Of a stretch of 64,000 nt of DNA, positions 11,559-23,800 are shown one piece after another. Each line of letters opens with the position of its first letter. Positions within the stretch are counted from its first letter, which is position 1. The DNA lies in the NCBI GenBank assembly GCA_002269645.1, contig NIVC01000732.1, positions 372,001 through 436,000 of the forward strand, given 5' to 3'. A program made the position numbers and the translations under genes. The notes beneath the pieces are model-generated. The model did no database searches. It was given only the letters and a program-made list of their open reading frames with translations, and was not told the DNA's origin. Source of the stretch: Macrostomum lignano. Taxonomy: Eukaryota.

Positions 11559-13486
11559 ATGGGCCGCACGTGTCGCGACGCTTCGGAGAAAGAAAGACGT
11601 AAAGAGGCAAAAAAAACGCATGCAACAATAAAGAAGCCGTCTGGTGTTTCTAAGAAAATAGGAGTACCATTCAGTGTCGCCAAGGTGTCGGCTCGGGCTA
11701 CGGCAACCGATTCGGGTGCCAACGTCCCGACTGGAGCCGCCGCCGCCGCCGCCGCCGCCGCAGCTGTGGCAGATGCGGATTTAAATCCGCCAGGTGGATT
11801 AAGCGTCGCTAATCCGACTGCCATCGATAGCACTGCTCATTCGGAAGAAGTTCCGATTCCGCGGAATCGACTCGCCGCCGAAGAAGATAACGAACCTGAA
11901 ATGGTGCCGTTTAAAGCCGAAGCCAAGGCTCGGTTTTTTGTATTTCAGTATACCGACTTCCACCAGCGAACAGAGGTAGTGTCAACAGACTCCAGCCTGA
12001 TGTCCACCAGTGCCATCATTTCGCGTCGGTCGGATGTGCAGCTGCCTATAAACACCGGCGCCGTAGTCGCTGTCGTGACAGCTCGGAGCAAGCGTAGCAC
12101 GGCCCGGCGCTATATGGGCACACTAATAAAGGGCCCATTCGACAAGAAAAGGGAGGCTGCTGGTGCTGCCAGCTTGACTAACGTCCACGCGGCACCCGCC
12201 GAGCTGCCGCGGTCCTGCAGCTCCTGTCGCGGTCTCGTGCTTGAGCTCCAAAGGGAGAAGGCCTTGACCGAATCCCTGCGTAAGTTTCTGATTAAGTTAC
12301 TCATGGGGTCATCAGATCGATCTGCATTGTCGTATTCTGCATGCATCTAGATTCATCAACTGACGCATTCCGTCCACATATATAAGCAGAAGCAAACCAT
12401 AAGTTAGCTGATTCACCTGTCAATCCTTCCAATTCAAATACATACGCAGGTGGCGAACTTAAGCTCCTCCGTACTTCTGAGACCAACCTGCTGGCACAGA
12501 ACCGCACGCTCCTGCACAAGACGAGTGTGCAGGCCAAAATGGAGCGGAAGCTGGTCATGCAGGTCGAGCAGGCCGAAGCGCGCAACAATTGCCTACTGCG
12601 TAATGTCGACACCGCCAACGCGCTGCTCGCCAGGGCGTCAAATTGCCTTTTGCCGGCCGCAAGTGCAACCACTTCAGGTGCTGCTGCAGCTGCATCACAT
12701 GTGCGCCCCGATGATACCTTTGGTGACGCTGTTTCTAGCGCGCACTCCTCCGCGGACGAGTCTGCTGACGATGACGCATTTGGCGACCAGGCAACCTTCT
12801 CCGCTGATCGCAACCTGTCTGTTGCCGAAACGCGCGCGTTAATCCGCGCATGTGACGCGGAGCAAGGGACCGCCACTAGCTCTGCTACCGGCGGACTGGT
12901 CGCCCTTTCCGACAGCCAGAAGTTTTTTTCTGTACCTTTGCGACTCCGGTCTGAACTTGAAGACCGACACAAAGAATATAAGAAGGCGATGGAAGATCAG
13001 CAGGCGGTCGACCTAGACGCAGTTGCCATGCGGCGCTTTACGCGCTTGGCGCTACTGCGTGCTGTCTTTAGGGCTGTCTTTACGTCGCAAGAATTGGCGA
13101 ACTCATCCCTGTCAGGCCGAAGAATTGCTGGGTACGTTTCGGCGCCGGCGAACCCGGCCAAAGTTGCTGTCGCGAGGCAGTGGCTGCAGAACGCCGAGGT
13201 GCCAATTTACCGCAACGAACTGCATCGCGCATTCACTCGGTGCGGCGAGACGGCGAGATTGCAGCTGGGACTGCCGAAGCGCAGCCGACCCAAGCGTTCG
13301 ACTGCGGCCCGCACACCTGGCCAGTCATCTCGCTCGAAGGCTACCACCTCTGCAGAACATGTTGTGCGCATAATTACCGAACAGACTGAGGAGTCTCATA
13401 ACACTGGGACGCAGTTTCTCAGCGCAGGCGAATTGGACGGCGACAGTCGTCCAAGTGACTTGTTGCTGGAGATGCTGAACGATTGA
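11559..13486 (+). CDS. Second transposon gene: coiled-coil + C-terminal BEN-domain protein (11559-12279 + 12450-13486, ~585 aa)
   Basis: Phase-1 intron GTAAGT(12280)...ACGCAG(12449) joins two ORFs. C-terminal LLRAVFRAVFTSQELANSSLSGRR...PANPAKVAVARQWL fits the BEN consensus (LF(S/T)xEEL..SL.G....LDP.K). Confidence 0.72.
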
Positions 13487-14064
13487 TGATCAGGGACGAA
13501 CAGGGTCGTGAATTGCTGGTGATCGATAGAGCTGACTGACGGGGACAGATCTCGAGATAGACGGAGAGAGGACTGGGGGAAAGGGATTGTGGCCATTTGA
13601 GGATATTGGAGCAGGGTGGTTCTGGCCATTTGAGAATATTGGAGCAGGGTGGTTCTGGCCCTTTGAGGATTGGGGTAAGGGGATTGTGGCCAGTGTGACT
13701 TTATGCACCAACTTTTTGTATTTCGTGATTTGAGAGGTGATTGTGGTCAGTGTGACTTTTTGCACCTACTATATTAGCATTTTGTGAGATGATGTGACGA
13801 TGATGAATGTTCGTAAAATACAAAGTGTTCTTGCCGGTTTAAGCCCCTGCTTTGGGTGTTCGTGCAGCATAACTACAAGCAGCTTCAGCTGTGCCACTTG
13901 GAAACAAAAAATGTTACTGGAAACCAGTCGTGAATATGTCTTTGTAAAGCTTCTTTTTTATTTAAAACATTTCAACACAAATCTCGTTGGATTTCGCGTC
14001 TGCATTTAAAGGCCTCGCCATGAATTAAAGTCAGCGTGACTTTCATCAGTGTACTAAGTATGTA

Positions 14065-14434
14065 CTTCCGCTTTCCATCCGGATGTTCTCCCGGATTTTC
14101 GTCCGGATCACGTGAATCTCTCTTTGCCCGGTTTTCGTCCGCTTTTTGATCCGGGTAGTCATCCGGTTTACGCGTCTGATGCAGTCGTCCGGTTTTGTCC
14201 GGAAAATTACCCGCCATGTGGTCCGGTTAATTCTGGATGAACTTCCGGACAAGTTTTCGGATGACAGTCCGGATTTCAACCGGACCAATCGGTTTTTTTC
14301 CAGACATTTTGGTCCGATTTTAAACTTTTCCTCCGGTTTTTTCCGGACGAATCAAATGGGAAAAATACATTACAACCCCGGATGACACCCGGACGTGTAT
14401 ACGGACAAACTGCCGGACCACTTATCCAGGCGGG
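14065..14434. repeat. Right subterminal repeat field of the CACTA-like element
   Basis: Many TCCGG/CCGGA motifs, ending in the TIR. Confidence 0.85.
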
Positions 14435-14531
14435 TTAAAATAAAACTATTTGACGTACTAAAAGCCAAATTTCTAATACATTTTTGCAGCCAACGTGCAA
14501 ATCAACGAGTACAAGTTTGAGATATCCGAAC

Positions 14532-14712
14532 CTGGAGCAGCTTCCAGCATCCTTAGTGTCAAGTCGATCGGCAGACGAAGTAAATCCGTCAGGCAAGCCG
14601 GCAGTCCACATGTCGAATCGAACTCCGGAGCCCAGAGAATAAGTGCCAGCCAAACAATTGGAGCAGTCGTTTTTTTCAACGTCCAGATATTGCCCAGATG
14701 GGCAGTTGATAT
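14532..14712 (-). CDS. ELAPOR: ELAPOR-family exon 3
   Basis: INCPSGQYLDVEKNDCSNCLAGTYSLGSGVRFDMW...LPDGF resembles C..GEFLDM...YSLGTGIRFDEW..LPHGF. Phases 1/2. Confidence 0.92.
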
Positions 14713-14945
14713 CTGAGTAAGGGGATTAAGTGGGAGACATCAGCAAGGGAAAACAGGCTTTTTTTCTACCTTCACATCATTTTTCAATAATATCAACGAT
14801 GGACTCCAAGTTTTTATTCCATTCTTGTTGCGTCCCCAATGGGGGGCGAAGATGGCTAGTCCACTATACTAAATTAAACGAGTTGTCTCTAGCTTATCTA
14901 TGTGATTGATGGTTAAAAATGACTCATTATGCAAACGATGCTTAC

Positions 14946-15063
14946 CACACTTCTTGCCAGGTACAGGGAATTCTACTGCGCCACCACTGCAGGTCTTATT
15001 TGGCACCTGCACTCTCCATCTGGCATTGTTGTGACACTCTGTGTAGACATACTTCAGTTGCGA
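14946..15063 (-). CDS. ELAPOR: ELAPOR-family exon 2
   Basis: SQLKYVYTECHNNARWRVQVPNKTCSGGAVEFPVPGKKC resembles KIAA1324 YHYEYTACD...RWRVAVP. TAG acceptor and GTAAG donor; phases 0/1 fit the neighbours. Confidence 0.88.
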
Positions 15064-15819
15064 CTAGATATAGGTTTAAATTTAATGATTACAATGTTAA
15101 AAATTATCATATTGTGTATACAAAGCAAAACAAATATTTGCGAATAAAGAGTTATATACACCATTAAAATGTTCATAACCTAATTTAAATTAATACTGAT
15201 GAAATTCAATTTCAATAAATACTTTGGTTCAGTTCAAATGGCTATATTTGTTTACAAAATGAGCATTACTTTAAAACAAACAATTTCTATCAACTATTAT
15301 TTTTAAATTAGTGTCTTAGACTGCCAGTGGCAACACTAGTTCTGAATTTAAATGTATGTTTAAGTGAATTTAATTTAACTGATAAATTAATGATTTTTGG
15401 TTCTAGAATAATTAACATATTTTTGTTGTCTATCATTAATGAGAACCTTTTATAGAAGTGAAAATAATAAAATCAATTTTATTTTTTTCTAAAACCTTTT
15501 TTGGAGCACAGATACCACTTTTACTCGTATGAGATTAGTGCATTGTCTATAAACTGTTTTAATGCAATTTTTGTCCTAACCCATAAAAACTATGTGAAAC
15601 CAATATCAATATGGCAACCAGACATTTCAGTTAAAAGTATTTTATAAAAATAGATATTTTGATTAAAGGCTTTTTGGTGAAAATTTGAGTGTGAGAAAAA
15701 AGAATATAAAAATGGCAATATGCTTTATTGATGACATCTTTAATAAGCTAGTAAAGTCTAAGCAAGCTGGTGTTTGTGATTCCATGCTGCCAATAGGAGT
15801 TCATTAAAAAGGTCTATGA

Positions 15820-16115
15820 GCTTAGGTAGCTAGGCAACAAAAAGATCTTGGCAGCCCTCAAGCAGCATTACTACTGACCAAATATAGTAGAAAACAGTTC
15901 TATTGCAGACAATGGCCGATGATTTCCTATGCAGCTTGTGGGCATTTAGCATAGTCAAGGTTGGAATGTCAAGGTAGGGCAATGATTGGCCATTACCATT
16001 GTCAACTGCTTAAGCAAGTGGGTCAAACTGGAACTAATCCTGGACAAGAAAGTAGTTACCATTGCCAAGGCCCTGTTTGACAACTAGGTGATACAGTTCA
16101 GAGTTCTGCATATGC
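15820..16115 (+). mobile_element. Ancient Gypsy integrase relic
   Basis: Stop-riddled LGNKKILAALKQHYY*PNI and FPMQLVGI...TIVNCLSKWV...VTIAKAL resemble the integrase HLG..KT...YYWP and DYFTKW motifs. A possible GPY-like tail lies near 17620-17730. Confidence 0.5.
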
Positions 16116-16116
16116 A

Positions 16117-16240
16117 CAAACATGCCCAACCTCAAAATTTCACCCATCTGGTGCAACTTAGTTTTTTTCCAGATTTGCAACTTAGTTATTCCTGATTGTG
16201 ACTTAGTTCTCCAAACTGTGACTTAATTTTCACTTTGTAT
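16117..16240 (+). mobile_element. Diverged left end of the CATACATGCGCAAC hAT-MITE family
   Basis: CAAACATGCCCAACCTCAAAATTTC..GTGCAACTTAGTTTT aligns with the start of the 35625 MITE. No right end found. Confidence 0.55.
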
Positions 16241-16364
16241 ATGACTTTTCTTGCCTTTTTTCTTTTTCTTTCTTTCTCTTCTCCCTTTTTTCTTTTCCTT
16301 TTCTCCTTCTCTCCTTTCTTTCTTCGTCCAATTTTTCATTTTTTGCATTTCCGATTTTTTTCGC

Positions 16365-17425
16365 ATTTCGCACAGCAGCAGGCCGTCCAGCTCGGACAAC
16401 TCGTGGGCCACGCCGTGCAGTCCCTGTAGGCTCGTGTCGCTCTTGTCCCACTGGTTCCCGCGGATGGCGTGCAGAGCTGCTTGGACGGTGGAATCTTCGT
16501 CGGAGGCAGCCTTGATGGTGGCCAGGCTGATGGACACTGCCGTGGCCACGTAGATCGCATCCGCCTGCTCGCCGTCGCCGACGTTGTTCGGCGGCATTGG
16601 CAGCGGCTGGCGGCTCAGAACGTCGGACGGATTGCCGGCTCCGGGCTGGTAAACCACTTAGAAGACCAGGTCTTGCAGTCGCAGCGCCATGCGCTCAATG
16701 TGGGGCTACCAGCCACAGGGATACCAGTGGCTTGTGGTCGGTGATCACCTTGAAGCTGCCGCCGCCGCTGAGGTAGTGATGAAACTTCAGGCCACCGTAC
16801 TTCACCGCGAGCGCCTCCCGCTCCGTCTGGGAGTAGCGCTGCTCGGTCGGGCTCAGGCTGCGGCTCGCGTGTGCCACCGGCCGCGTCTATCAGTCAGGTT
16901 GGACTTGGGCGAGAATGGTGACGACGCCCGTGGGGCTGGCGTCCACGATTAGCTGGGTCGGAAGCTTGCTGTTGAAGAATGCCAGCGCCTCGCGCTGGCG
17001 ATCGTTTGCTTGATGTCCTTGAACGCGGCCTCCTGTTCTTCGCCCCATGTTTACTCGGCGGCCTGCCGGGTCAGCTCTCGGAGCGGCCGGGCCATGTCGG
17101 ACAGGTTGCTGATGAAGCGCGCGAGGAAGGTGACGAGGCCGAGGAACGAGCAGACCTCGGACGCGTTGGTCGGCCGCTTGAAACTGTTGATGGCCGCCAC
17201 TTTCTCGGTGCTGGGGTGAATGCCGACTTCAGCGTGATGTTGCTGGCCTTCAGCCGGGCCAGGCAGTCTCGCAGGCGCTGATTGTGCTCTTCAATGTTCT
17301 TTGCGTACACTAGGATGTCGTCGTGCACCCAGCAGACGCCGGGCAGGACGCTTACTTCTTTGCCTGCCGTGTATAGGAGGATCTGGCGTTTCTGTGTCTC
17401 GTTTGTGATGCCCGTGGCCACCAGT
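16365..17425 (-). mobile_element. Internally deleted Ty3/Gypsy gag-pol fragment
   Basis: gag-like ATGITNETQKRQILLYTAGKEV is fused to RT VHDDILVYAKNIEEHNQRL; RNase H LSPTEQRYSQTEREALAV, ITDHKPL, YQPGAGNPSDVLSR; frameshifted. Confidence 0.88.
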
Positions 17426-19019
17426 TAGCGCGAAGGTTGGTTGACCACTAATGAAAGCGCTTACTTGTGGAGTGGGGGTCGTCTCTAATGCTAAAGTTAC
17501 CTGGGGCCGGCAGTTGTAGGAAGGCCATGGTTCAGCCCTGCGACGCCAATGTAATGACTCAGGAGTCAGTCAGTATTTGTGGTGTGCAAGAAAAAGTTCT
17601 TAACCCTCCAAGTAGGATGGGACAATATTTATATATTTGGAAGCAATCTGATTGCAATGTGCACAAGAGCCGCATGCCTTACATACATAAGTTGAGTAGC
17701 GACATGTACTTGCTAATACAATGTACAAGCTAGCACTGGCCAGATGTCCACAAATTTGTTTTACCATTTTATCCCACATTTTTGGATTCTGCCATGTATA
17801 TAATTGAGGCCACGACTAGCTGTGGCCAGCTGGCCCAGAGCTTGTCCACCAGCTGCACTGCTGCCTATAAAAATTTCTAGTGAATTACTAGGTTTGCCAT
17901 AGTCTAGAAAGTGGCCTTTATGCCAGGAAATTCTAATTGACAATCTTGGTATACACTTGGCATATAGAATTTTCAGGTTCAATATGAAATGTACATAGTC
18001 AGCATACAAAAATAGCAACATTCAGGGCTAATGTAATTATGTAGTTAAATATTAACTAACAAAAGCTCTTTGAAAAATTGGAAACTAGAATAAAAATATT
18101 AATAAAATTTATGAGAAAAAAAATTAAAACAAAGAATATCAGTTTTAGCAAACAATAGCCATTTTGAAATTAATAGAACTCTTTTATTTTTAATAATATA
18201 TATTCTTTTGAAAAATTGGCATTCAAACAACTCTGGAATTGGCATAAAAAATAAATTCTACATTGTCCTAAAATTGAAAGAACATGAAATTTCATTCCCG
18301 TGTATGCCTGCCATGATCTAAACTATAGCAGGTTTGTCCTGATCAATTATAAGAATAGAGATACTAATGGAAGTGAGGTAGTCTATGCCAACAAGCTGAA
18401 GCATGTATATTAGCCCTATGCTCCTAACCTGTCTAGATAGCCAATGATTATAATATTAAAATGTCTTATAGTGGCTAGGTCCTAATATAAGTCTAATTGA
18501 CTCTTTTATCAATGTTAATAACCTATGTAGTTTATAGCTACGCCACACTTAGAGACATGGTGGCCATGTCTATAATGCAAAAACTTATAGACATGGCTGC
18601 TATGTCTCTAAGTTTTGGCATTATAGACATGGCTACCATGTCTATAAGTATGGACCTAGTCACTATTAGAGACACAGCTGTCATGTCAATGAAACTTGCA
18701 CAGCAGCCGTGTCATTAATATTGAATGGGTTCACACTTAGACACGGTAGGTGGCTGTGTCGTTAATATTGAATGGGTTCATACTTAGAGACACGGTGGGT
18801 GGCTGTGTCTTTAATATTGGAGCTTATAGGCACAACTGCATGTATATAATCATCAATTAGATGAAAAAAGATTGATCGATTAAAAAGTCAGTTGTGACTC
18901 TTATAAAAATTAAATTAAATTAATTTTAATTTATTATTTTATTTTAATTAAAAACTTGGAAAAAGTTCAAGATGAAAAAATTTCTGTTTGCTAAAAAATT
19001 TCAAAGTAAAAAATAACTC

Positions 19020-19090
19020 TGACCACTGAGGATTCAAACCCTTGCTACACGTGATCCCAAGGCAATTGACATATCCACTAAGCCACCATT
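19020..19090 (-). mobile_element. Degenerate tRNA-derived (SINE-like) head
   Basis: A-box TGGCTTAGTGG and B-box GGTTTGAATCC at tRNA-like spacing; no clean cloverleaf. Confidence 0.4.
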
Positions 19091-19571
19091 TGCTTGTGAG
19101 AGAGCCCTATAGAACATGCGTTTTATATTGATGATTATTGCCATGCCTATAAGCTCAAATATTATAGATATCGCCACTGTGCCTATAAGTACTCTATTAT
19201 AATTAAGTTGTATATTTGCCATAATTTGGATCATATATTAGTATATACCAGGTTCAATGCTAGAAAAAATGACAAGACCTTATTTGTATACTAGGTTTAT
19301 ATGCCAATACAAAACAATTGTTATTTGACACAATGTATCTGCTATGTTATGTATGCTAGAAAATGGTAAGACCCTTGTTGTACATTGGGAAATCCTGGCA
19401 TATATGTTGCCTTCCAAACTATGGAATTTTTGTGTATTGCTAATAGAGCTAAGGCCTACCTTTATTTGCATGGCATTAAGTTAAATATTTGTCTAATTTG
19501 TTTTTTAGAATTAAAATCAACTATTTTTCAGTTGTATTCTGCTTTCTAGACTAGTACTCATATGTAGGTAT

Positions 19572-19849
19572 CATACATGCGCAATCCCCCTGATTTACAC
19601 TGGCCATGCAACTTACTTTTTGACCAAAAATGCAACTTACCTGTGAAAGAAACCCTAATGCAATTTTGGCTAAACGGCAAGAGTAGGCCTAACTATGACT
19701 GCCTTATAAGGGCTAAATGCCTCATTATCTAATTAGTACTAGGCCTATGTCTGTATTCTTTAGGCTAGGCATTTTTGCAACTTACCCCTAGTCCACCACA
19801 ATTTATGGTGGCTAGATGGGCCAGGTCAGCCAGCAGTTGCGCATGTATA
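19572..19849 (+). mobile_element. hAT-type MITE, older copy, with a 28S-rRNA-like core
   Basis: TIR CATACATGCGCAA / TTGCGCATGTATA; decayed TSD (GTAGGTAT vs ATAGATAT); collinear with the 35625-35920 copy. Confidence 0.8.
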
Positions 19850-20098
19850 TAGATATTATATTTTAATTTTGCATTAACATAAGTCATAATTGTTTACATT
19901 TTAGTATTTAATTAATATTAATGTATATTTATTATCATCTAATATTCTATTGAATAGGACTCAATCTTTTTTGTTTCTCATTATATTACATTTTGACCTT
20001 AGCAGTAGGTTAGGTTTTAAAGATAAAAAATTATACAAAAAATAATGCCAAAAAAATAAAATTTCAAATATAGTAGAAGTAAAAAACTAGTTCTTTAC

Positions 20099-20209
20099 CG
20101 GTTGACATGCTTTTGTTACAACTGCAGGTCCTAATATATGAAGGAAGTTTAGACTAAGAGTAACAAACAAAAAGATTTGAGTTTGAGCCTTCAGCTTCAC
20201 ACCTTCCAT
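20099..20209 (-). CDS. ELAPOR: ELAPOR/KIAA1324-family gene, coding exon 1 (signal peptide)
   Basis: ATG at 20209 reads MEGVKLKAQTQIFLFVTLSLNFLHILGPAVVTKACQP, then a GTAAAG donor in phase 0. Hydrophobic leader followed by ACxx, as in the KIAA1324 N-terminus. Confidence 0.75.
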
Positions 20210-20825
20210 TGTTTAAACTGTTTACAAAGGATTTTCTGCCTCAGATTTTAAACAGTCTTTGAAAAAAAAATTATTAAAAAGTAAACTGAAGGCGTATTTA
20301 ATCTAGCCTTAAGCAAAGCCAGAACTTAGCTTGGTTGTTCACGGAGGCTTAGTTAAGCCTCTTAGGATAGGCCTAGAAGGCTAGCGCCTAGACCTAGTAG
20401 GCCTACTACAAATCTTAATCTACAATTGTATAAAAATATTAAAAAGGAGCGAAATGAAAGAAGGATTAGGATGATCGCAGTAACAAAATTTCTATAACCT
20501 GTAAATTGCTTCTGTAAATTATATTTTCTTCATACACAGTGCAGTTGCTCAATGCTACTCTCCACTTAATTAGGTACTTTTACTAAGCAACGTGTCCCCT
20601 AAATTTTCTTCGAAACAAAAGCAAAAGCAATGAGGGTCTCCCTAAAACACGCACCGCACCGCCCCGAACCGCTACACATTATAACATTTTTGTCAATGCA
20701 GTATTTGATTGCAAAGAAAACTATTTGTTGTAAGAGTAATGGAATAAATATCTTTAATTATTATTATGAATATTCTTATTATTTTTTATATTCTCGTTTT
20801 CATTATTAAATTATATTCTTATTAT

Positions 20826-23800
20826 TGGGTGCGTTCGAGTGGCTTAAAATAAGTTAAAATGACTTAAAATGAGTTTAAGCGTCATTTTAACGTCCTCAGT
20901 AAAACAAAACAAATGACAAAATTTCATTTTTAAAAACCGGTAAGTATTCATACACAATGTTTTAAGGGTTGTAAAAACCTAGTTTAAAATTTTAAATGGG
21001 TAGATAGTCAGTCTAAACCTGTGGGTCTGTATAAAAGCAGGGCACCATTGGCACATTGGACACCCCTTATGTTAACAAAAATCGAGTTTTGATCGTTGTT
21101 TTGCTTGAATAAATATACTTTGGCTTTTGAATAAAAATGTAAATATTTATTTATAATTGCACTTTTTCATATACTTCTAACAACCATGAGATTGGTAGTA
21201 TCAACAAGTTTTATTCTACATTTAAATTCATTTCTTATCTTGCTTTATTGTCGAACTACTTTCGGTACGTCATTTTCATTTACCTAGTTGGTGCACTTAC
21301 AGAAAACATAGAAACATTAAATGCCGTTTCTTGTCCTCAATAAACGTTGGAAAAAGTGAGCAGCAGACTAGTTGCAGAATTTTATTGCCGGACATGGCAT
21401 ATTTGACTATTTGCAGCTGCTCTGGCTTGTTTACTGCCTTTCCATAAATCAACAGCAATGGTGAAAGTGAATCTAATACTTCTCTCTCTCTCTCTCCCAT
21501 AATGTTTGATTTGCTGTTAATATGGATTTTTAAAATCCCCCGTGTCTTAAATAAAAAAAACGAATAATTTTTTTAAGTTGTGATTTCCATCAAAATGCAA
21601 TTAATTAATGTTTTAAAAACATTTAAACTCAATAAATTATTTATTCTCTTATCAAATAGAATCCAACTCTAGAATCTTTTTCAAGGAAGGAATACTAACT
21701 ATCCTTAATATTCAATATGCATGATAATAAAGCAGTGCATTACTTTTTCAATTTAGAGAATCTAACAAGGAAATAAATATAATTTAGTACAGCACCATTG
21801 TAAGCAAAAAAACCATAAGTTTACAGGTACAATTTTTTGTAAAGATAGATACAGCGGAAAATTAAAATTTGACAAAAGAATACCACAAACACTAAAAATG
21901 GGGAGAAAAAGTATTACAAACATTGGCATTAATAAAAAAGTAATAAATATTGCAGCTGAGCAAATGAAATTAGCAATTAAACAATGCAATGAGTTAAATG
22001 ATAAATAACAAAGAAATGCTAAATAACATCTAGCAATGTATATTAAAGCAATTGAAGTGAACTCTGAGTTGAAAGGCTTACAACTCATAAAGTACAGTTT
22101 AAATGCAATGTAACTTTTTATTTATTTGTAACTTTATAACAATAGAAATCATTACCATAAGCAATTGTATGAAAAGTTGCTATTAATAGTCTTATGTACT
22201 TTATCTCTACTCTAAGAGCTAACTTTCTATAAATATATATGATTCCTTGTATAAAATTAGGGATTCTTTAAAAAATTCATGCTGCAATATGCATATATCA
22301 CACTCTTGACCCAAGAAAATTATTGAAAGTGGTCAACCAATTAGCACAAAAAATTATAGACGGCTGTAATGGTGCAAGTGGTGTTTCGGCACACCACTTA
22401 AATTAAAGTTGAAATTTTTGGAGCAGTTACACTAAAGAAAATTATTATTTTATAAAATTAAGAGAGGCTAATAAAATTAGTAGGGCTTGAATTGAATAAT
22501 ATGCTGTGAAGACTCAAACTTGTAAGCCAAGAAGGCTAGAATTAGGGTTAGCAATTAGGCAATTAGGCAAACTATAGACATTAAGGAATGTGTAGGTATT
22601 AAATAAATAAATCATGCAGGTGCTAATAGTAGCTTAAAACCTATCACTTGGTCCCTTAGAATGCCATAATTTTGGACATTAGAATTAAAATATAGTGTTT
22701 TACTGATTGGGAACTTGTTCTTATTGGAAAACTTCTCATAAATATAGAAATATTAATATAAACAATACGAATAAATTTGCCTATTAAAACTTTGTGGCAT
22801 TTGTAGGATTTTAGAAGAAGGAAGTATACCCTGCAACATATGTGCAGAATATTTATGTGCTAAAGGATTTAGGTCTGAAATAAATGACAATAAATGTTAT
22901 GTGAAGATGGTTTATATGTTGTTTTTTCAAAGCGTCACATATAAACTTTCAGTAAAAAGACTTCTTGGTCTGTGAGGTAGATTTTTTACTTATATGCTTG
23001 CATTTTTTAACTCATAATTTAAATGATTAGCACAATTTCTTAAATATCATGACTTGGCAAATTATTCATAATAATGTTTTCTTAAAAGGATTGTATATAA
23101 AGAAGAGACTGTAATTTGAACTTTCACTGAGTAGCTATTCCTTTTTTTGTTGGTTGAAATCATACAAAAAGTAATTGAACTAATAAAAGAAGAAGCTTGG
23201 AAATTATTAATTTAATCATCATCTTACAAAGTAAAAAAAACTTTTTGGGTGCAATTTTTTCATCAAATAATCTGCCAATGTATTAACTTTTTTAATATAG
23301 AAATACTTGCAATTTGGAATATCCAAAAGTTCGTTCTTCATGAAGTAATCCTAACAAAATAAGTTGTGGTTTTTTTATAAGAGCAGAATGCTTCATCATT
23401 TTATGGAAAATTGAGTTCTGACTATTAGTTTGATCATTTCATATATCAGACATATTTAGCATTAAATCGGTACGCCTGTAGTACAGAACCTTCGGGGTAG
23501 TAAAATCACAGTGTAATAGCATTGCAAGCTGCAGTTTTTGCATGTGCGATTATTTTAAAAAATCGAATGCCAAATTAAACATGTACAAAAAACGATAATA
23601 CAAAGAATATTTAACAAATCATCTATCACGAAAGCAAGGATGTCATTTCTATTATTATCAATTTTTTAAATTATTTAAAAGTATCTCCGCAAGTTTATTC
23701 TGCATTTTCATATCTAATTTTGTTATAAAAAGGGGTGTCCAATGTGTCCAATGTGCCAGTGCCAGCTTTTATACACACCCCTAAACCTGTTTTCTACATT

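Larger units (their letters stand above)
5939..14434 (+). mobile_element. CMC/EnSpm (CACTA-like) DNA transposon, ~8.5 kb, apparently complete, in ELAPOR intron 3
   Basis: Perfect 12-bp TIR CCCGCCTGGATA (5939-5950) / TATCCAGGCGGG (14423-14434); 2-bp TSD TT (5937-38, 14435-36); dense CCGGA/TCCGG subterminal motifs at both ends; EnSpm-type transposase ORF. Confidence 0.93.

Noticed and set aside
16365-17425. Bacterial or horizontally acquired GC-rich insert
   Set aside because: Motifs are Ty3/Gypsy RT and RNase H.
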